The position numbers were made by a program, and so were the translations under genes. The notes under the pieces are model-generated. The model worked only from the letters and a program-made list of their open reading frames with translations, was not told the DNA's origin and made no database searches. A stretch of DNA of 64,000 nt from Macrostomum lignano (Eukaryota), in the NCBI GenBank assembly GCA_002269645.1, contig NIVC01000037.1:496001-560000 (forward strand). Direction: 5' to 3'. Shown here in pieces: positions 23,073-64,000 of the stretch (position 1 is its first letter; every line of letters begins with the position of its first letter).

Positions 23073-23874
23073 AAAATCTATTTTACTTGTTTTACCAGCT
23101 GTACGAGCTACTTTAAAATTTTGATTTCAATCGATATAAATCATAGATATAAAGATTCAGCATATATAAACATGCATAAAAATCCAGATCTATAAGCCAA
23201 CTCCCGATGATCTGCACGTAGGCAGCGGTAGGAATTCAACATCAGACTGAAATATAAAATTTAGTAGCTTTGTTTTCTTCGTTGATAAAAAGTGTGAACC
23301 ATTCACCGTTTGTAATTATGAAATGCATTTTTAAAAGAGCTCTTTAAATTATAACCGAACTTTCTACCTATAAACACGAGCTAATAAAGCAAACAGCTCG
23401 TCCATAGATTGCTGTTCTGAAAATAATGCTTTTCCGTAGAAGCATTGAAGAACAGAGGACCCGAAATTCGTGGCTTGTTGCACTAAAAAAGAGCTGTAAA
23501 CTTTTTTACCGCACACAAACGATAGTGCAAAACGACTCTCTTGTTTCTCATGCCTTTCTCGAGAGCTGTTATTGTTTTTCTTCTCCTCTGACTGTCGTGT
23601 TGAGAGCTCTGGGGGACGACCTAAAGGAGATCTCAAGCTTGAACATCTCTTCCTTCGAAGGTTTGGTTAAACACGATGCGCCGGAGTCAGCCAGAAGGCA
23701 GTCGATGAAAAGCCGTGTACACTTTCTGTGCCTTGAGGTGATGTGTTTGCACACGGAATCGAACCAACGGGCGGTCAGGCGCATTTCGAAACTTTAGGTG
23801 TGCGCTCAGCCTACCTGTCTGAATGTGGGGGGGGGCAGGGGCGACTCCAGATCAAGCACAACAGATAATTGCTC

Positions 23875-24183
23875 AGGGGGGTTTAGCCTGTTGCTTAAAG
23901 CATCAGACTCACGACTCGACAGTGGGGGGTTCGATTCTTGACCCACTCGGAATAACTTGTGTCCTTGAGCAAGACACAAAACTCTGCATTGCTTCAGTTC
24001 ACCCAGCTGTAAAATTGATGCCAGCATTAGCTGGGGTAATTGAGGGTGTTTGGCGTCTCCCCACCCAGTCCTTGGACTGAACAGCCGTACGCAGCCTTCA
24101 GATGCGCCGCGCAATAGCTGCGGCTGAGCTGTCGGTTGCACATCTGGCCATTGGGGCAGGTGTAATCAATTATTATTATTATT
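23875..24183 (+). mobile_element. tRNA-derived SINE with a CORE-like central domain and (TAT)n tail
   Basis: A-box-like TAGCCTGTTGCTTAAAGC, B-box GGTTCGATTCT, then TGTGTCCTTGAGCAAGACAC...CCCAGCTGTAAAAT (similar to CORE-SINE central domains), ending in AATTATTATTATTATT. Confidence 0.72.
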
Positions 24184-24628
24184 TTGTGACTCCAGAGCTC
24201 TTTTTCTGGGTCTCCGTGGCCCAGAGCGCGCCTGCGGATGTTGCTATTTTTTTGCGCCAATCAAGTTTAAGCTGTCCACTCTCTCTCTATTCTGTCTCTC
24301 GCTCGCTTCTTCTTTTCAGCAGTAGCAATAGAGAGAGAGAGAGAGAGGGTGAGGGCTGGGCTAATCTTGGGGAGGGGGTGCCGGGAAAGCACCGAAAGCG
24401 CATGACACAATGGGCCTGGCCTGGATTGGACCCCGTGGGTTTCGGCTGCCGACACGCGGGCAAAGACGGACGGATCTGCGGGTAAATACATTTCCAATAG
24501 GACTGCTGTGCATTTATTCGTATATAAATAAGCGCAATGCTGTCTTGACAGTGGGTCAAATAAACCAGACAGTTTAAAATACTACTCACAGCAGCGGCAG
24601 TGCAAGCCTCTATCCGGGCGGAGTCGCA

Positions 24629-24820
24629 ATGCCAGAGCCAGACAACAACGATTGCACCAAGGCCTACCTGAAGGTTGAGCAGGGCCAGGGCAGGCTGAGG
24701 AAAAAGTCCAGCCGAGTTTTCTGCCGGCGGATTCACGTTGCCTGGGTTATTCTGCCGTTCTTGTTCCTGCTGGCTCTGCAGGCCGCTGTGTTTTACTGGC
24801 TGTACCGCCTTGACTCGAAG
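24629..24820 (+). CDS. TNF-like ligand exon 1 (cytoplasmic tail and TM)
   Basis: ATG to AAG|GTAAAG in phase 0; contains the hydrophobic segment. Confidence 0.75.
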
Positions 24821-26372
24821 GTAAAGCGTTGCCCACCGCGACCCTGGTTCGATTACGTGCGTGAGGGCCAGCCCCAAGGCACAGAGAGTGTACATGCCTG
24901 ACGATTAGAAAGTCAGGGCCGCTGTACACCCTGTGTGAGCGTGTGCATGACTGCGGTCCTGTGTACAGTATTGGCACACTTGTATTGTGCTCAGGAGTCA
25001 GCGGAATGGCCAGAATGAGACAAAATGTTAAATCCTGCAAAAAGCAAAATTCTTGTTTCATTCTTCCGTTCATTGCAGCCGCACATCACCGTGGTGATAG
25101 ATTTAAACGGCACCCGGAATTGTGATAATGGAAAAGCCAACCAGCTTGCCTGCAAAAAAGGCAGTCTCTACGTCTGCTCAAGTGAGTAAAACTTTGAGAA
25201 ATTCTCAAATTTGACTATTAGTGTTTTCACAAAACATTGTTCAAAAATCACCATTGTCATCTTTCCCCATTTCCAGACGCTCCAATAGGCCCATTGCGCT
25301 GTCACGACGATGCGTTCAAACAGTCAGGCGGAGCCAAAGGCAGCGACAACTGCAAAGGCAACGACTTTCGCGTGGCCAAAAATGGGCTTGGAGTTGTAAT
25401 ACCCAGGGATGGCCTGTACCGCGTTTATGCTAGAGTGAGTCTTATCCAACTGCTGATTGCTCTCAGCTTTTGAATCCGCCTTCGACACCTCATTTGCTCC
25501 TTCATAGACGGCTACCACCATGTCTCCTTAGACACCAGCCTCACTCTTTCCCCCATAGACACGCACCCCAATCTTTCGCGTTAGACACCCACCCACTCCT
25601 CCCCCCTTAAACACCCACCCCACTCCTCCCCCTTAAACACCCACCCCACTCCTCCCCCTTAAACACCCACCCCACTCCTCCCCCCTTAAACACCCACCCC
25701 ACTCCTTCCCCGTAGACTTCACCCCACCCCTCCTCCGTAGACACCCACCCCACTCCTTCCCCCTTAGACACCCACCCCACTCCTGCCCCCTTAGACACCC
25801 ACCTCCTTCCCACGTAGACACCCACCCCACTCCTTCCCCCTTAGACACCCACCCCACTCCTTCGCGTTAGCCACCTACCTACTCCTCCCCCGTAGACACC
25901 CACCCCACTCCTTCCCCCTTAGACACCCACCTCCTTCCCTCGTAGACACCCACCCCACTCCTTCCTATCGTCTTGAGCACCCGCACATGCAGTCAACTTC
26001 CAGCCTATTTAAGTCCGTCCAAAACCTAATAAAAGAGAGTGGATTTCTGCTCCAACCCCGCTGCAGGTGGCCTACTACGACAAGATAGCGCACCACACCA
26101 GCATGCACGTACGCATCGACCCGCCACAGCTGACGGAGTGCCTTGGCAACCACGACTGTTTGGCTGACCGGGAGCAAGCCGCCCACGCCTGGCTTACCTG
26201 TCAGGCCCATCAGCCAGCGGTAGCGGGCGGCGCCAGGGACTTTACCAGCTGCGCCATTGACGGGATTCGCCGATTCTCAGCCGGCGAGACGGTCGGCCTG
26301 CAGGTCGCCATCGGGCACAGAGAAATTGTGGGACACCGCAAGGCCACCTATATGTACATCCATAAGCTTTAG
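24629..26372 (+). CDS. Type II membrane TNF-superfamily ligand (Eiger/EDA-like), 4 exons, 252 aa: join(24629-24820,25079-25181,25277-25434,26067-26372)
   Basis: Canonical phase-compatible introns; 759 nt in total. Basic cytoplasmic N-terminus and a single TM segment (IHVAWVILPFLFLLALQAAVFYWLY). TNF-homology-domain signatures NGLGVVIPRDGLYRVYARVAYY, SCAIDGIRRFSAGETVGLQV and terminal TYMYIHKL-stop. Confidence 0.82.
25079..25181 (+). CDS. TNF-like ligand exon 2
   Basis: Pyrimidine-rich TTGCAG acceptor, GTGAGT donor, open frame in phase 0 to 1. Confidence 0.72.
25277..25434 (+). CDS. TNF-like ligand exon 3
   Basis: TTTCCAG acceptor, GTGAGT donor; contains VVIPRDGLYRVYAR. Confidence 0.85.
25525..25965. 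repeat. C-rich minisatellite TTAGACACCCACCCCACTCCTTCCCC (TNF intron 3)
   Basis: Tandem degenerate units. Confidence 0.88.
26067..26372 (+). CDS. TNF-like ligand exon 4 (rest of the TNF domain, stop)
   Basis: CTGCAG acceptor; VAYYD...GIRRFSAGETVGLQV...TYMYIHKL TAG. Confidence 0.85.
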   Translation: MAYYDKIAHHTSMHVRIDPPQLTECLGNHDCLADREQAAHAWLTCQAHQPAVAGGARDFTSCAIDGIRRFSAGETVGLQVAIGHREIVGHRKATYMYIHKL

Positions 26373-27111
26373 TTTTTCTTTCCGTTCTGTTGCAACTTTC
26401 CAATGAATATTTCTGTAGCTACAGGATGCTGTACAAAGACCGTGTTATTTTGCGTGGCGATGACGTAATTTTTTAACTTTCAACTTCAGAAGTTCAGACT
26501 TGAAATTCTCAACACAAAGTTGAAAGCACAATGCATTGTGGACCCTGTCACTTGTTATTTGTTATGCACATTGGATTCTTATCAGAAAGGCAGGTGTTGT
26601 TGAAATTTAATGAAGCTCTTAGTTCAATTTTGCTGCGAGCTCACAACAGATAACTCACTAATTTCAGTTTTAGCCGGAAAAAGTCACGCGATGTACATAT
26701 TTCTGATGCACTTTTAAATGTTATTTCAATAGTAGATCGGAAATGCATGAATTTAATTGTACTCATTCATACGCGTTCATTTAGCTCAATTTTTTACACG
26801 AATTCTGACCACTTTTTCACCAGGCAGATTAATTTTCGGTTCCTGAGAGCACTAATAAGCTCGCATGAATCCCTATTTTCACAATTTATCCCAAATTGCA
26901 CAATCCTTTAACTGATTCCCTTGATTTCAAGTTTTTTTGTTAAAGTTTTCATTATTGCCGAAGTTCTCTTACCGGTGTAAATAGCTGTTTGTGTGGGTTT
27001 TTTTCTTGAGTCCAGTCTTACAAGTACTAGGTCGTAGTCAACCAGGGGCCGGCCACGTGCCGCCTGCGAAGTCTGTCTATTCGGCCCTCGGGTCCTTTGA
27101 AACCTCACTAT

Positions 27112-27390
<279 letters not shown>

Positions 27391-28437
27391 TATTCCTTCG
27401 CCTCTCCTTTCTCCTATTTCTCTTATCTCTTTTCTATTCCCTCTGACCGTCTCCTCTCTCCCGTCCTCTGGCTGCATAATTAACTGTATGATATTTCTGG
27501 TGTACAAAAATTGCTTCAATACAAGGTTAAACATACAATCGGACTGGATTTCGTCATTTTTTGAAGACTTACTCAAGCAGTTTCTTTTTCGAGTTAATTT
27601 CTAATGCTGTCTCTCGCTCTCACCTGGGCAGGGCTGACAAAATAACGAGTCTGGCTTTCCACTTCTAGCTCCGTCGCCATTGGTGACCACAAAGCACCTT
27701 GAAATCTGTTTTTTACTGGCTGAATTTTAATTGATTCGAACTTCTCCTTGCCCGCTATGTACATTTACGGTGCAACATTGCAACTGTACAGCAGTGTACA
27801 GTGTCTGCTGTACATTGCTTCAAGTGTACACTTCAGCCCCGCTTGGTGTACGGCCTGACCACCCAGCCAGATGAGCTGATGACAAAAAGGGAACGCGGTT
27901 AAGTTCACGTTGGGAGCCTCACGCCACGTTTCAAGTCCGATGCAGTGTACATTTAATACTAGGAAAGAGGTTTCCAGGTCTTTTGCTTTCATTATTTTTC
28001 TTGCTTTTCCGCGTTATTTCATCCAGCAAAGTTTCCAATCCAGAGATAGCTGCTAGTTCTAGAACTCCATGGCAGAGCTGTCCCTGGCCCATGCAGCTCT
28101 TTTGTTTTAGCCTTCTATGTTTGTTTTTTCATAATGCATTCGAGCTCTCTATAGTGAAGTGTTGCGCAGATTGCACACTGTAATATCACGTGGATGAGGT
28201 GTGAGAGGACCGCTCTTCTGTCTCTCCTGTCCTTTTGACGAAGATACGAGTGAATGCTGTGGAAAAGTACACCTGCAAAACAAGGATACTAAGTTGCTAT
28301 CTGTGACAGTTTAGAAGCACTCGTTTTGCTGATAAACCATGTGGTTTGACCCTGGAGCTTGCGGTTTGTTGTTGTTATAATTTGAACGCAAGTTGAAGAA
28401 CTGTTCTCATTCACAGGCAGCCTCATCCAGGGCTCTA

Positions 28438-28810
28438 ATCGTCAAGTGTACACTCTCCAAGACCCCATCTCGTCAAGTGTACATTCTCCAAGACCCCATC
28501 TCGTCAAGTTTACACTCTCCAGGACCCCATCTCGTCAAGTGTACACTCTCCAAGACCCCATCTCGTCAAGTGTACATTCTCCAAGACCCCATCTCGTCAA
28601 GTGTACACTCTCCAAGGCCCCATCTCGTCAAGTGTACACTCTCCAAGACCCCATCTCGTCAAGTGTACACCCTCCAAGACCCCATCTCGTCAAGTGTACA
28701 CTCTCCAGGACCCCATCTCGTCAAGTGTACACTCTCCAAGACCCCATCTCGTCAAGTGTACACTCTCCAAGACCCCATCTCGTCAAGTGTACACTCTCCA
28801 AGACCCCATC
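28438..28810. repeat. 31-bp minisatellite CTCGTCAAGTGTACACTCTCCAAGACCCCAT
   Basis: Period 31 (28441, 28472). Confidence 0.95.
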
Positions 28811-29396
28811 TATATTGATGTTGCCTTTTAAAAAACTTTTAATTGCCAAAGCTCAGCTATCGTAATTATCGAAAAATTCTGCCTCTAATTACTCGCATAA
28901 TTATATGATAATTTATTTACTATTTACAAGAGAAAACCGATTCGACAAATAGTTGCGCGCAAAGAACATGAAAACATTGAATAGAAATTTCGCAAATAAC
29001 TACCAATAAATTTGAATTAAGCAACACTATTTTCACTACTAGGAGTAGACGATTGAGAATATATTTGATTTGTAAGGCTAAGCAAGCAGTTTTGCTCAGT
29101 CGACTAGAAAACGGAATTATTAATTAAATTAATTGATTTTTTCAGACAGACGGTACTAGGACTGGCTGGCTGAATGTACATGTGCCATGTACATGCACGG
29201 ACAAGATAGACATGCAGCAGGTGAAAGCCCTGTGGCAGCGGTTAGGGGGTTATCTTTGATCAGGAGAGATTCTTCTCTAGCTTGCTAATTCGTTGAAAAT
29301 GAATGTTTGCACAAGACCCATTAGTGGCTACTGTATATGCATGTAGCAGTAGCATAGTGAATTTACGCGCTTTATAGTAGTGTCAATACGGAAAAG

Positions 29397-29402
29397 TTTA
29401 TT
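29397..29402 (-). terminator. Candidate polyadenylation signal of Eph
   Basis: TTTATT on plus (AATAAA on minus) about 380 nt past the stop; a second one lies at 28912-28917. Confidence 0.35.
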
Positions 29403-29499
29403 ATTAGTTTCAGACTGAAGTCTTGTTGAGATAGAGGGATTGAAGTAAGAACCATTATAGAATTTCGAGATCTAAGGAATCTATGTTTAAACAGGTTTT

Positions 29500-29697
29500 G
29501 CAAGATCTCAGAGTAAGATTCTGCAAGATCCCAGGGTAAGATTCTGCAAGATCTCAGAGTGAGATTCTGCAAGATCTCAGAGTGAGATTCTGAAAGATCT
29601 CAGAGTGAGATTCTGCAAGATCTCAGAGTGAGATTCTGCAAGATCTCAGAGTGAGATTCTGCAAGATCTCAGAGTGATATTCTGCAAGATCTCAGTG
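29500..29697. repeat. 23-bp repeat GAGTGAGATTCTGCAAGATCTCA (probably in the Eph 3' UTR)
   Basis: Tandem units read directly. Confidence 0.9.
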
Positions 29698-29782
29698 AAA
29701 GGTTTAATGAGAAGAATGTTGATCGATCGAGGGGTGGACAGAGACGTCAGACGTGAGTCAGGCCCGAGGCGGGCACGGGGAC

Positions 29783-63676
<33,894 letters not shown>

Positions 63677-64000
63677 TTTCTGTATCGAATAGGAAAAGTT
63701 TAGGCCCTTATGTGATTAGTTACTAATAATAATAAGCATAGAGCGAGGTCTTTGCAACTAGAGTGCCCACATCTGCCTGTACATGCTGGCTGCTCATTCG
63801 ATGACTTCAATGGAGTAGAAAAAGTATGAGTAGGATTTAGAAATCGTTGTTGCAAGAGAGCTAACTGTCTGGCAGGCGAGGGCTGAGGCTAGGGAGCTGG
63901 GGGGTAAGTACTGGCTACTATTAAATACAATGCTCACTGTGCTCTGTCGGACACACTAGTTGGATAGGACGCAGCCCATAGGCATTTCATTGGCTGCTTG

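Noticed and set aside
21188-23074. Long ORFs (up to 565 aa) here, and similar ones at 8640-9611, 36552-37697, 43824-45722, 46538-47276 and 57750-58871
   Set aside because: They are translations of tandem repeats lacking stops in some frames, with no domain content or consistent exon structure.
23364-23800. Coding-like island; the plus-strand 123-aa ORF ends ...LHTESNQRAVRR, faintly reminiscent of a DNA-transposase C-terminal motif
   Set aside because: The similarity is only impressionistic, both strands give partial open frames, and no TIRs or catalytic residues were found. It needs a BLASTX/HMM search.
23875-23950. tRNA gene
   Set aside because: No clean cloverleaf is evident, and it continues into a SINE body and tail, so it is annotated as the SINE head.
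28190-28272. Minus-strand exon-like segment (GVLFHSIHSYLRQ...) with a good acceptor
   Set aside because: The donor is weak and it could not be joined convincingly to neighbouring segments.

Overview
Intron-rich animal genomic DNA in which almost every intron carries its own micro- or minisatellite. GC-rich codons, polyQ tracts and this repeat landscape suggest a Macrostomum-like flatworm, but that is inference only. Four protein-coding genes could be reconstructed by hand from splice sites and reading phases. (1) The first coding exon of a TRIM9/TRIM67/MADD-2-like RING-B-box gene (minus, 6261-6980); no further exon was found in the window. (2) A complete 6-exon PCID2 gene (plus, 11142-20006, 400 aa). 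(3) A complete 4-exon type II membrane TNF-superfamily ligand (plus, 24629-26372, 252 aa) that is unusually cysteine-rich. (4) A 12-exon Eph receptor tyrosine kinase (minus, 63676-29783, about 1039 aa) with a 1-nt deficit in its transmembrane exon and a candidate 12-nt microexon. Also present are a tRNA-derived CORE-type SINE, a 290-bp hAT-like MITE with an 8-bp target-site duplication, and decayed inverted-repeat elements. There are no prokaryotic features or CRISPR arrays, and nearly all long ORFs in the track are repeat artefacts. No new multi-gene system is demonstrated. The most unusual signals concern how tandem repeats interact with splicing: an array built from 17 extra copies of an Eph exon end plus its 5' splice site, several sense-strand arrays of GTGAG motifs, and mutually complementary arrays at the two ends of an intron or on either side of an exon.
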